Source of the DNA: the human T2T-CHM13v2.0 reference genome, Homo sapiens
DNA: 64,000 nt
Assembly: GCF_009914755.1 (NCBI RefSeq)
Contig: NC_060926.1
Direction: 5' to 3' (one strand)
Shown here piece after piece: positions 47,941-61,939 of this stretch. The position numbers and the translations under genes are program-made. The first letter of the stretch is position 1; every line of letters begins with the position of its first letter. Under the pieces are notes generated by a model. That model made no database searches, was not told the origin of the DNA, and worked only from the letters and a program-made list of their open reading frames with translations.

Positions 47941-48681
47941 ATTGATGTTTTATTACTAACATCAATGTCAATATCAATATTTCATTCATATTGATAATTA
48001 TTAATAGGATTGTTTGATTATTGATAATTTAAAAAACCTAATGGAACTATGTTCTCATGCTTCATCATGAATGTGACTCAGCTAATCTCCTCATGTCTGT
48101 TTTTGTGTGTGTGTGTTCTCTTCCGCTTCTCTTCTGACCTTCTTCTCTCTGGACTTTCAGTTTCATTCAATTTTCAAGAAGACTTTGGATTGACCCAGCT
48201 AATAACTGCAAACTTTGGTCACTGGCAAGTCTCTGGATTGGCTGCCCTTGGCTGGATTTTGATACCAGGTTCTACTCCCCCACTTATCTTCGTAGCAGAG
48301 GTTGTGGCAGGGCCATTTTCTTTACCAGGGGCAACATGAGGCAGGCAGGCAGGCAACAATGATTGACATGTCTAGTACAAATAGGATAACTGTAGAACTA
48401 TAAAAAGAAAAGTGCAAGATTCCCCGTGCTCAGAGTTCCACCAGTGGTTGTGTTAAATCAGGATACATGACTCCATTCAGGGCAAGAAACAATTTGCCTG
48501 GCATTGCACAGTGAGTCAACAGTAAACTCCAAAACTCCAATTTATGTAAAGGGGCAAAAATCACTTTTATTATTCTTTGAACAAAGCTGCTCCTTAAAAA
48601 ATCACCCTTATATTAATATAACAATACTAATTAATTACCTTCATAAACATTCCTCAAAATTTTCTTTTCTTTTTATGAGTG

Positions 48682-48724
<43 letters not shown>

Positions 48725-48728
48725 TTTT
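48682..48728. repeat. (TTTA)n microsatellite
   Basis: About 11 units. Confidence 0.95.
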
Positions 48729-49764
48729 GCTTTCTTGCTCAGTGGCTATATTGTGTTTGGGGATGTGAGTTCAAAAGTCAAGGACTCAGTTTGGTTTAAT
48801 TTCACTTATGTGGCACTGTGGTTACACATCGGAATTTAAAAGAGCTGAAAATATTATTCTTTCCTATCTTTTTTTAAAAAACCATATCTGAAGATCCCAA
48901 CAGCTTTTATGACTTATTCCAAAAAGGCTTTCCCTAAAATAAACTGGAAGATTCGGTTTTATGTTATTTAGGTCATTTAATCAGAAAGCAAATCATGTGT
49001 CTTTGATCATGCCCTTGCCAGAAGATCCCTAACTCATTAGTGTGCTATTAATGAGGCTGCATTTTAAAGCAGGTGTTGTTAAGTGCAATCAGAGCAGCTT
49101 TATTAAGCCACAAATTGTCTTGCGATGACAAAGGAAGTCAGATTGGTCTATGCTCAGTTAACCTTTGTCTATATGCATGACTTGGCTGATTAAACAGCAA
49201 TTGATAATGACCTTCAGTCTTGCAAAGCCAGAAAAAGGTGATGCCTAATGTTGGCATTCATTGTGTGTGATGTGAGTGAAAGGCAGGCAGTCTCTTTAAT
49301 TTAGAAATCTATAATGCAATTGCAAAATTAACTAATATTGCAGTGCAATGAACCACTAATTTATGTGTATTAAACTGATATTTTGATGTGCATGTTATTT
49401 CAGAGTACAGCTTTATTGCAGAGTTAACTTCAGGTCAAAGAAATTTTGACTGGCCATCCTTAGTAGCTAGAAATAGAAGACTGTGGAAGAAAAAGGAGAG
49501 TTGTTTTTGAAGATTTGTTAATTTCTTTAACAAGCATACTAAGCTCCTAATATGTTGAAGATGCTGGCCTGGTAAATTTATCACAGGCCCTGTTTCCCAA
49601 GGGCTCACAATGGGGTGATAGACAGGAACACCAATTTTATTACAATTTATTCAGTGCAACAACAGTTTATCATTAGCACCTGAGAAGAATGCTGTCTGTC
49701 ATTCTCAGGACCTCAACTGATTCCAAAAATGTGGAGGGAGATGCAGCAGACTGTAGGGAAATTT

Positions 49765-49975
49765 TAATTTATTGAGTGTCTGTTATATGCTAGTCACTTC
49801 ATTCATGTTGCCTCATTGAATCCCTATAACAATTCTTAGGTAAATATTACTGACCTCATTTCACAGATGAGGAAACAAATTCTTTCATGGGTTAAGTATT
49901 TTTTGCCTGAGTACAGTCAAATGGTAACAGTTTGAAGTCGAGCTCTGTTTGTCTCTAAAACCCACATTATTCTAA
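49765..49975 (-). mobile_element. MIR
   Basis: tttattgagtg...ctcattgaatcc...catttcacagatgaggaaac. Confidence 0.8.
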
Positions 49976-50329
49976 AACCAATGTGGAAACACCCAAGATA
50001 AATAGAATAAGAGTAAACGGCAAATTGTTTATCTTCTGTGCTCTATGTGCATGTGTTTGTTGGTGGGGGCTTGTGTGTATTCTAGCTTTTTTGTTACCTA
50101 GTTTGGGTTTGAAATCCATTTTGAACAATGGCTTCCACCTCATGGCATTATAAATTTCTCTGTATTCTTTGTAAGTTCACCTTCATGAGCAGACATTTGA
50201 TGACTTCATCACTTATCACAGCATCCATCCTTAATATTTAGAAGGCTTTACAAAGTACCCTCCTAAAATATGAACAGTCTGGAGGTGGTCATAACTTGAA
50301 GTTTTGCTAACACACTTCCCAGCTTGGGT

Positions 50330-50620
50330 TAAGGGCATTTTATTCTGGGGTATATTAATAGACGGGTCAAGAAAAAATACCAGGGGTCAAGTAGATATGT
50401 TTAACTGTTAAGCAAAGTTAGAGAAGTTTCTTTCTTACTGCAGGACCTTTCAGAGCCTTTAACATGTTAATAGTATTGTGACTTTCCAGGAGAGAATTGG
50501 GGTACTCTGCATTTCCCAAGCTTTCTTGACCATGAGGCTCTTTGTTCTTTGAGTACCAATTAACACTCATAAGAATTAGTGTGTGCAGAACACAGCAAGC
50601 CCCTGCTGTATAAAACACTA
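50330..50620. mobile_element. hAT-Charlie-type MITE (MER112/113-like; tentative)
   Basis: ttactgcaggacctttcagagcctttaacatgttaat...gcatttcccaagctt...tagtgtgtgcagaacac. Confidence 0.55.
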
Positions 50621-50889
50621 GCAGCCAACTAACAGCATAGAGAAGGCAGAGAAAAGAAATACAGAGGAAGAGACACTGATACAGGAAATACGAAACCCAA
50701 TGATTGATTTAACCTTTTTCGCAGCTTTGCTAGAATCTGTCGTGATTATTTAAATGCTGGAACAATCTTAATGAATGGCATGATCATTAATTATAAAAAT
50801 ATAAATAATGCTCATTTAAATTGCCAAAAGCAAATATCAATAGTTACTATAAATATCAGCTGAGTCTCCCTGACCTTTATCTTTCTTCT

Positions 50890-51308
50890 TTTTTAAAAAA
50901 ATTGTTTTCTATAAGTTTTTGGGGAACAGGTGGTGTTTGGTTACATGAGTAAGTTCTTTAGTGGTGATTTGTGAGATTTTGTTGCACTCATCACCTAGGC
51001 AGCATACACTATACCCAATTTGTAGTCTTTTATCCTTCACCCCCGCTTCTACCTTTTCCCCCAAGTCCCCAAAGTCCATTGTATCATTCTTATGCCTTTG
51101 CACCCTCATAGCTTAGCTCCCACTTATGAGTGAGAATACACGATGTTTGGTTTTCTATTCCTGAGTTACTTCATGTGGAATAATGGTCTCCAATTCCACC
51201 CAGGTTGCTACAAATGCTGTTATTTCATTTATTTTTATGGCTGAATAGTATTCCATGATGATATGTGTATACGTATTTTATATATATATATACACACACA
51301 CATATATA

Positions 51309-51353
<45 letters not shown>

Positions 51354-52817
51354 AATCTCTTTATCCACTCATTGATTAATGGGCATTTGGGCTGGTTCCA
51401 TATTTTTGCAGTTGCAAATTGTGCTGCTATAAACATACATGTGCAAGTATCTTTTTTGTATAATGACTTCTTTTCCTCTTTGTAAATACCCTGTAGTGGG
51501 ATTGCTGGATCAAATGGTAGTTCTGCTTTTAGTTCTTTAAGGAATGTCCTATTTTTAGTTCTTTAAGGAATGTCCACACTGTTTTCCATAGTGGTTTTAC
51601 TAGTTTAAATTCCCACCAGCAGTTTAAGTGTTCCCTTTTCACTGCATCCCTGCCAACACCTATTATTTTTTGATTTTTTGGTTATGACTGTTCTTGCAGG
51701 AGTAAAGAGCTATCACATTGTGGTTTTAATTTGCATTTCCCTGATCATTAGTGATGTTGAGCATTTTTTCATATGTTTCTTGGCCACTTGTATATCTTCT
51801 TTGAGAATTGTCTATTCATGTCCTTAGCCCATTTTTTGATGGGATTGTTTTTCTCTTGCTGATTTGTTTGAGTTCCTTGTATATTCTGGTTATTAGTTCT
51901 TTGTTAGTACAGACTGTGAAGATTTTCTCCCACTCTGTAGGTTGTCTGTTTACTCTGCTGATTGTTTCTTTTGCTGTGCAGAAACTATTTAGTTTAATTA
52001 AGTCCCACCTATTTATCATTGTTTTTGTTGCATTTGGTTTTGCGTTCTTGGTCATGATGTCTCTGCCTAAGCCAATGACTAGCAGGGTTCTTCCAATGTT
52101 ATCTTCTAGAATTTTTATGGTTTCAAGTCCTTGCTCCATCTTGAATTGATTTTTGTATAAGATGAGAGGTGAGGATTCAGTTTCATTCTTCTCCATGTGG
52201 CTTGTCAATTATCCCAGAGCATTTGTTGAATAAGGTGTCCTTTCCTCACTTTATGTTTTTGTTTGCTTTGTTGAAGATCAGTTGACTGTAAGTATTTGGC
52301 TTTATTTCTGGGTTCTCTATTCTATTCCACTGGTCTATATGCCTGTTTTTATACCAAAACCATGCTGTTTTGGTGGCTGTGGCCTTATAGTATACTTTCT
52401 AAGTCAGGTAATGTGATGACTCCAGATTTGTTTTTTTTGCTTACTCTTGTTTTGGCTATGCAGGCTCTTTTTTGGTTCCACAGGAATTTTAGGATTGTCT
52501 TTTTTAATTCTGTGAAGAATGATGGTATTCTGATGGGAAGTGCATTGAATTTATAGATTTCTTTTGGCAGTACGGTGATTTTCACAAAATTCATTCAACC
52601 CATCCATGAGCATGGAATGTGTTTACATTTGTTTGTGTCATCTATGATTTCTTTCAGCAGTGTTTTGTAGTTTTCCTTCTAGAGATCTTTTACCTTCTTG
52701 GTTAGGTATATTCCTAAGTGTTTTATTTATTTTTTTGCAGCTATTGTAAAAGGGGTTGAGTTCTTGATTTGATTCTCAGATTGGTCACTGTTGGTGTATA
52801 GCAGAGCTACCGATCTG
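50890..52817 (-). mobile_element. L1PB-like 3' end with ORF2 C-terminal remnant
   Basis: ggggaacaggtggtgtttggttacatgagtaagttctttagtggtg 3'UTR. Minus-strand ORFs 51816-52208 and 52385-52594 match L1 ORF2 ([28 protein letters not shown]). Confidence 0.92.
51265..51351. repeat. (TA)n/(CA)n compound microsatellite inside the L1PB 3' region
   Basis: Visible dinucleotide runs. Confidence 0.95.
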
Positions 52818-54604
52818 AATGACACTTGAAGGAGTTGTTCTTTTTCAGATTATATAAAGGTAATTAAAGAATTAATGGGGCAAATGAAACATGGGATTTT
52901 GAAATCAACTATGTAGATTTACTAAAATTGACTAAATCCCATTCTAGTACAAATTATTTGCAGCTTTATTAGTTGCATAATTCTAGGTCACTTCTGGTTG
53001 CATTTTTAGACTCACCTTTCAAAAATACATTTTAAAAATGATCTTCCAAGATCAAAATCTCTGATGTACAGTTAAGGTCAATAGTCAATCTTCCCTCACT
53101 AAAGCAGTATCTCTTTGGTCTTGCATAGGGTCCTCCACTTTTTGTCTTTACAACATTGTTTTTGTCCAGTGTTCATCCTATTGGTTGCCTCCTAGTAACA
53201 ATGCTAAGAAATCAATAACATTAAACTCTGAAACTCTCCATCTGCAAGTGCAAAACGTTACATTACAGGTTATCTCTGTCACCCCAAGTCCGTTTGCTCT
53301 GTTATAATTGTGATCGCTATAGTATTCCTGTTCTTGTCCTAGTACTGCATTAATCCAAGTATCATAGTCACCGTAGGAGCTGACCTGTCATGTAATTCCT
53401 CTTGCAGCCCCTGGAATGTTTCCAAGCATGCCTTAGGATAGTATTATTGCTTGAAAATGCTTTCTACTCACAGGGAAAGAAGGCTGGCTGGAAGACTGTT
53501 GGAGGATTGTTATATTTAAGAAGGCATCAGGTTGATTTGCCATGGCTTTATAATTTTTTTTTCCATTTAAATATCTTTTAGACTTCCTTGGAAGACTGCT
53601 TGATTCTACCTACTTTAAAGAAGCCCTGTTTTCTTCGGTCTCCTACCTAACCTCTCACTCTTGCAGGAAGTAGATCCCCAAAATAACAGGTGATAAAAAT
53701 GATAATTGGCACTACTGACAATGACCTGTTCATTCAAAATGGATTTCAGACCCAAACTAGGCAACAAAAAAGCTAGAATACACCTGTTCAGCCCAATGAC
53801 AATCTCAAGTGACTTATACATACAGGCTAGTGATCAGTAAATATATGATAATGATGCCTGGTCATTTCGCCACCTTGTGAGACAGGTCTGGGATGTGACC
53901 CAGATGGAAAGTTTTGTAGGATAGAGCAGGAGTGATCCAGGTCTTCCTCCAAGGTCATTCATTTCTGTGCCAAATAACAAACAGGTTTCAATAAGGATTA
54001 TTTTATAAATTGAGCAACCACAGATTATTCCTTGGATAGGTGAAAATTATTTTGGTGAAAAGGATAAGAGAAGCGCACTTCAGCTGATAGATGTTTCAAT
54101 TTTTCTGAGAAAAGAAATGTATTTACCAGATCGGAATCATTTTGGTAAATTACATTTCAATGCTGAGTCATCTGCACAGCAGTGCGGTAGTGCACGCCCT
54201 TTTGAAAGATAAATTGTACAGCTGCATTATTCAAATCTCTGCATTAGAAATGGCTTGAGACGAGCTCTGAAAGGAACTTAATCCATACACAAAAACTTCT
54301 AGCTTTTGCAATTATCTTTTAAAGAGGAAAAAGTTCCAAAGATCTTAGAAAGAATCTCCAGGAAATATTTACACTGAAAGTAACATTGCTGTGAATGACT
54401 GCCTTGTTTTAGACTTCACAAAAATTGTGACTGTGACTACCAGATGGATAAGAATGATGCAAAATTCAAGATGGCATTGCTGAGGCTGGTTCTTACATGA
54501 AATTGAATAAAATTCCAAACTGTTTTACTGCTTAATTTGACTCATCCTCATTTTCAGTTTTATTCACTTCACAGTTGCATGAGAAGCAGTGTGATATTCG
54601 AGGA

Positions 54605-54790
54605 CAGAGGTTCTCAAACTGTCTTCCCAGACTAGCAGCATCAGCAGCATCAGGGAAGTTGTTGAAAAGCAAATGCTGTGGCCCTCTGCTGCAGACCTAC
54701 TGAGTCAGAAAGTCTGGAGGTGAGGCCCAGCTATCTGTGCCTAACAGTCCTTCATGTGCTTCTAATCATGCTACCGTTTGAGAACCTTCC
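54605..54790. mobile_element. MER5A, inserted in a MIR-like element (about 54580-54950)
   Basis: cagaggttctcaaa...agcagcatcagc...agacctactgagtcagaa...gtttgagaacc. Confidence 0.85.
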
Positions 54791-54979
54791 TACTAAAATC
54801 TCTGGAATTAGGAGAGTCTGCAATTCACCAAATCAGCTGGATGAACATAAATAAATCCTCCAACGTCTCTGAATCTTAATTTCTTATCTGCAAATTGAGG
54901 AGTGTGGGCTACATGATTTCTAATGTACTTTTCAATTTTGTAATTCTGCACTAATACTTCTACATGGAAATTTTAATTC

Positions 54980-55540
<561 letters not shown>

Positions 55541-55899
55541 TTGGAGGTGAAGCTCTGAAAAAGATGCTTAATTTTCAAAGTCATAAAATTAGAAAAGAGA
55601 CTTCCCTTTGAAAGCCTATGTAGCAAGGAGCAAAGACTGCAAGATTCAGAACAAATGGGCATTTCAGCTTCAGTTACTTGTCATTAACTGATTTAGGCTG
55701 TTAGAAAATGCATTGGCACTTAAGATTTCCATTCTTCTGTGAAGAAAAAGATGCGAGTTTTTTCACATTATTTGGATAAACTACAATTATTTTAAAATAT
55801 GAAGAGAAATTCAGTAAAATTTTGGTAAGACAATAAGATGCTAATGTGATGGTGGTAATGTCTTTTTCTTCACAGCTTTATTTTTGTTTGGTCAAAAAA

Positions 55900-56890
55900 A
55901 AAAGAAAACACAGTTGTTTATAGTGTATTTGCAAACAATCAACTAGGAAATCATGCATTAATTGTTCAGATGAAAGCATGATGCTGCTCATATTTATCTG
56001 TGTTTATCACGGCACCAGACGGCCTGATTGGGAAAGTACTTCGTAGCAGGAGAGCCCAAGACACAGCAGCTAAATAGATGCCTCTTTAATGTGAGGTGTT
56101 CGGTATCAGATGGGGCTTTGTTGACCTTGTTCCTAAGCACAATCAGCCTGTATGGAGGGCTCTGTGCAGCAGCGCCTAGGCCTCTGTTTTAGTTCTTAAT
56201 TTCTTTCACGGCATCAAAAGGCTTTTCTATTCAAAAGCTTTTCTTTTTCTTTTACTCGTGAGCCTCTGCAATTGAGGCAGAACTGCAATCTACCAGCAGC
56301 AGCCTTTGTTCTGGCCTTTCAGGAGGCTGGCGAGCAGTGTGAGTCCTTCCTAATTAGCCTGCGGACCAATGAAATAGTTCTTTGAGCCAGGAGAGGCTGC
56401 AATCCCACAGCCCAAATGGCAGAAAAGGGGGGAAAGGCCTCTTTAATTAAGGCCCAACAAAACTGGTAAAAAATGGTATTTTGCTCTCTACAAATGTCTC
56501 TTTTAAATCCCTGTAAATGCTGGCACATGCCCATGCTTTTAAACTGTGCCTTCCCTTTTGCCAATGTACTGTCGGTCTGCTTTGGCTAAAGACTACAGAA
56601 TTTATTGGTCCGTAAGAGTTTAGGACCCAGCAGCCTTGGGCTGTGTCTGTGTTTGCATTTGCACGAGAAGTACAGGCTGTGCTGGAGGCAAAGAGCTGAT
56701 AATCAGGAGATGGTCTTCACTTATAAAAGTGATGCATGACAGCCCCACCTTACAGGCTTGGCATTTACACAGGACGTTCACAAATGTCACTGCACAAAAA
56801 TCCTGCCAGCACCGCAGATGTATTAATTTATTAGTTTCCTCCATTGTTTTGCTCCTCATTTATGTCTTTTGACTGCAATGCATTTATTTT
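55900..56890. promoter_or_regulatory. Candidate enhancer or conserved non-coding element
   Basis: About 1 kb with no recognisable repeat, about 14 CpGs in 840 bp, palindromic TAATTA homeodomain sites and SOX-type CTTTGT/CATTGT motifs. Inference only. Confidence 0.45.
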
Positions 56891-57039
56891 TTTCTTCACT
56901 GAACTCTTTAGTAGCTTAATATTGTACAGGTTAAGAAGATAGTTTTGGACATGGCACTATGCATTATCCTTTCAGACCACCTTTTACATATGTGGTAACT
57001 TTATCTTACTATGCCTGAGTGAATGATTAGGTTTTGCTC

Positions 57040-57330
57040 CCTTATTTTTAAACTGAAAATACTTTCCCCAATTTTAAAATTATACACATTTGTTGCAAAA
57101 AAATATTTTAAGATATCTAATGCAGATAATTATAAGAAGAAAGGTACTGCCATTTAGAGATAAGTACCATTAACATTTTGTAGTAAATCAGTTCATCTGC
57201 ATATGCTCATGCAAATTTACACAAATAAAATGTTTTCATATATATTCTTGTCGCTTGACAACATGTGCGGATGTACATTTAAGTCAGTACGTAGGACTGC
57301 ATTATCATTTTTAGTGGCTGTGTATTACTA
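57040..57330 (-). mobile_element. L1ME-like 3' end fragment
   Basis: agagataagtaccattaacattttg...cattatcatttttagtggctg. Confidence 0.5.
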
Positions 57331-58139
57331 GTCTTTTGAAGAATAAAAAAGACCATGATTAGACATAATTATTGTGTTTACACCTATTTAAGATCTGATT
57401 AGATTCCTTTGAATGCATCACAACATTAGACAATTTCAAATTCCCACTTCAATGAAAGTTTTTATCTTTTGTAGGTAATATAGTCTCGACAGAAATATAT
57501 ATGATAAAATAGAATAATTGCATGTATTTTATATGATGGGAGTAAGAAATACACACAAGCATACACGATGCTTTTATTTTTAATTTTTTATTAAACAGAA
57601 TTATTTTTCCAGCATGACAACTGCAGGTAATTTGCTTTTAGTCAGAGAATGTCAATGGTCTCTTGAAAGCTTTCTTTGTGAACATCTCAAAATAGTTTGG
57701 TTCGTTTAAGTAGTCTGTGCCTATAAACACCAAACATTCAGTCAATTTATTACAAAGTTGGTCAAACATTGAAATGTTCAGCAGATTTTTTGTTTGAGCT
57801 CATTATGAGCGAGGCATCATGTGGACACATTCTGAGTAAATGGGAACAGAGGGAAATAGAATAACTCCTTGAAGTCTTATATTTACTCTCCAATACCTAT
57901 CCTAAAATATGTATGCCTCTAACATGGACAACATCATATAAAGTGTGACACACTGGGGGAAAGACTAAACGTAAAAACAAGCTGCCAAAGATTCATTGTT
58001 TCTACCCACAATCAATACTTTCCGGCCACTATGTCATTATCTATAAAAGGAGGAAAATGTCTCAAAGGAACACTGTAAGGATCAAACATGATAATGTCAA
58101 TAGCTAGTACTTCATATTTTAATTATATTCAGAAAAGAT

Positions 58140-58400
58140 TCTTTAAGTGCCTACCATGTTTCAGGCTTGGTGAAAAACAAAACAAATTTTATTTCTGTAG
58201 CATATCATAGCATACAGAGGACTATCACATATATGATCTCATTTTTTTACTAAAACTTGGGAGTCACTGCTGCAATTATCATCCTCGTTTTACAATAGAG
58301 GAAACTGAATTTCAAAGGCAAAAAAATAATACTTTAAACTTGCAAAGCTTGCTAAATTTTAGAGTTGAAACTCAACCTCAAATTTTCTTATTCCTGGATT
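58140..58400 (-). mobile_element. MIR fragment
   Basis: tgatctcattt...tcatcctcgttttacaatagaggaaactga. Confidence 0.6.
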
Positions 58401-58559
58401 CAGGAATAATGTTCAAGCACCTAAGCTTAGCAAGATCTTGAAACAACATGATGAGTGCCTTCAAAAATGAATTTACAGATGCTTAGACATTTTCTTTTTA
58501 TGACCATCTCTTCGATGAAAGTGTGACAGTTAAGTGCAATGGAAACCTGTGGAGGTGTT

Positions 58560-58880
58560 TCTCTAAGTGCTTTAGCTGCTTAAAGCAAAAATCATGGTGC
58601 TTGGTGATCTGAGGAGCCGAACTGTGAGACAAGGAAAATGTAGAGTTTTGGAAGTATGGAGTGGAGTTTGAGGTGAGGTTTGTACATCCACAAAAAGACA
58701 CCAAATAGGCAGGTGAAAATGTGGTTTAGAGCTCAGAAGAGATGCTTGAGCTAAAGTTGTGCAATGTGAAACTCATACATCTGAGTTAGCACCTGGAGCT
58801 GTTGGCATTGGCGGCGAGATGGCTCTATGAAAACCTTCTTGGTGCTCACATATATCCAGAAGTAAAAAGAGGAAGAGCAA
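58560..58880 (-). mobile_element. L2 fragment
   Basis: gagtttgaggtg...caaataggcaggtg...gagctcagaagagatg. Confidence 0.55.
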
Positions 58881-58912
58881 TCAAAAAAAAAAAAAAAGGA
58901 AGAAGAAGAAGA

Positions 58913-59229
58913 AGGCTGGGTACAGTGGCTCACGCCTGTAATCCCAGCACTTTGGGAGGCCAAGACGGGTGGATCACGAGGTCAGGAGATCAAGACCATC
59001 CTGGCTAACACGGTGAAACCCCGTCTCTATGAAAAATACAAAAAAATTAGCCAGGCGTGGTGGCGGGCGCCTGTAGTTCCAGCTACTCCGGAGGCTGAGG
59101 CAGGAGAATGGCGTGAACCTGGAGGCGGAGCTTGCAGTGAGCCCAGATAGCGCCACTGCACTCCAGACTGGGCAACAGAGCGAGACTCCATTTCAAAGAA
59201 AACAACAAACAAACAAACAAAACAAAAAA
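58913..59229 (+). mobile_element. AluY
   Basis: Diagnostic ggctaacacggtgaaaccccg, ggagaatggcgtgaacc and ggagcttgcagtgag. Many CpGs retained. Confidence 0.97.
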
Positions 59230-59349
59230 GAGAAGGCTTTAGAATGGTGCTCAGAGAAGGAAGAAAACTCAATTCTACAATGTAATGCGAGGATGTGGGG
59301 AGACTACTGCAACAGGGCATGGGGGCCATGAAAAAAGAAACTAGTACAT

Positions 59350-59550
59350 ATTAACTGTCTACCATGGCCTGATGTGGCGCTGGGCACCATCATGCAGTTA
59401 CCTTTCACATGCATAATCTTGTTTAATTTTCCGAATTATCTTGCGAAGTCCACTAGTGCTTGGAAAGTTTTGATAATTTGCCCACGCGCACCTCATTAGT
59501 GCTGGAACTGTGCAGTTAAGATATGTCTGACTCTAAAGTCCATGCTCAAC
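59350..59550 (-). mobile_element. MIR fragment
   Basis: cacatgcataatcttgtttaat...aatttgccca...tgtctgactctaaagtccatgctc. Confidence 0.6.
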
Positions 59551-59967
59551 AGCATTAAATCCATGTGCAGAAATCCACAGAAAATAAGTGAAAGAAGGAG
59601 ATGAGATCATTGGTATCTTTGGGTGATAGCTGTCTCAGTAGAAAGAAAGAGAAGTTTAGGTGGAAAAAAAAAGCAGTAAGGAAACAGAAGCAATGATTAT
59701 AGATTATGCATTCCTTAAATGTGACTCTGAATGCAAAGAGAGGAATGTATGTCATTCCCAACAAGAACAGTTGATTATCTTTTAATTATTTCGAAACAAT
59801 TCAGAAAATCTAGGAAATAGGGAGTCCACTAAAGGGAGGAGAGTGGATTATCTTGAGGCTCATATGACAATCAATTTAATGTTATATAAATTTAAAGGGA
59901 ATGATTCTTTTAGCACTACCTTTTCTCTTCTAATATTTACTTTCCTCCTGCTATTTTTGTACCATGA

Positions 59968-60288
<321 letters not shown>

Positions 60289-61939
60289 CACAATCTTTTT
60301 TTAATTAATTCAAATTTTTAGCTCTAAAAGGCTCTTCTTGAAAATGTGTTAAAATTTTATATTATTATTCTCATTCAAGCTCCTAAATGCTCACCTGATT
60401 TGCAGGAACTGCCTGCAAGCCTGAGGTTGGCATTGATAAGGAAAGACGTTGAGAAAGGATGTGTGTACAGAGCTGGGACAGTCACTATGGTGTGCTTGCT
60501 GCATCCAGCTATGATGTGTTTTGGTGGCTGTGAATCATCAAGAGCAGAAGACACCCCTCAGTGGGACTGCACATTATGGACAGTAATAATGCTTCTTCCT
60601 CAGCTTTCTTCGCATATTTCTTTTCCCCAGTAAGTCAGCCCAGGGTCAAACACTGAATTGACAGGCAAGGACGTCAGCAAGTGGATCCAGGTCTGCTTAA
60701 TGCAGGAGCTTATGTGAGCACGGTAGCATCTGGAGTCCTGGGTTGAGGCCATCTCCAAATGTTCCCCTAGAAAAGCCACAGCACCTGAAGATGTGATGAC
60801 AGAGAAAATTGTGGCAAAGGCTCTGCAGCCCATTGAGATTATGGAGTGATATTCTGAAGTGATCTTACAGTAATGGAGCCACCTACCTGCTGCCCAGAAC
60901 ATGGCCAGTGATTCTTTGCCCTACAATTCTGAAGGTAAGTCTGCCAAGCTCTGGCAGAGCAGAAGGAATGTCACAAGGATCTGCCAAGTAAAGCATGGCA
61001 GTGAGGCCCACTTCTATGTGTGCCAAGGATGTCAGCCTGTAGCAGAAGGTAGGGGGCCAAGACAAGCCTTGTGCAAAAGCTATATAAATAGCGACACGAT
61101 TTTGTGGCACCAGGTTCTAGATATGTTAGGATTAGGTGAACTTGGTTAAAGCAGAGTCATAGTCTTTTTTGTTTTATTTTGCTTTTTGTCTTAATTTTGT
61201 TTTGTTTCTTGTGTTCCACCTTTGCCTGTTACACATGGGCTTTCTGTATCTGCATTTTGTCTTGCTTTGTTTTAAGTTGACAAAAACAGCTATTTTTTTT
61301 TATTCACCCTATTTATTTATTATTTAGTCACCCTATTATTATTATTATTTAGTCACCCTATTATTCCCAAATCAAAGTAAAAATAAAAATAAATGATGAT
61401 ATTCAGCTTCGGGCTGGAGTCAAATTGGGCAATGTTGCATTTTCTGTATCTTTCTAGTTCCCTTTAAACTGAAATATATTATGTGTAACAAGAGAGAAAG
61501 ATTAATAATAAAGTAGAAATCAAGTAAAGGAAGGTCAAATTGACTTATTTATCACAGTCTGTCAAAGTAGTGATTGATATAAAATTTGGAAAGACTGTTA
61601 GAAATTTGTGAGGGAAACCAGAATATATTTCAAGATAGAATTAGAAATTAGTGAAGAGAAATATTAGGCTTGTAACATTTCAAAGGGTCATTTTATTGTT
61701 GTTCTTCTTTCTTTCACTATGATTTTTATTTTAACTGTTAACTGTATTGGCACTTTTCTTTTGCCCACTCTAGTCTAGTTCAGTCCTGAATTTATAAAGA
61801 GATGATTCCAGTTCCGTCCTCAAGGATGCATCTTGTGGTTCGTTTGACAAGTCTTTGTATCCTTTAGAAACTTTGAATAATTGATGCTTAGTAAATACTT
61901 TTTGGAAAGATAACCATGTGCAGGGAATTGACGGAATGG

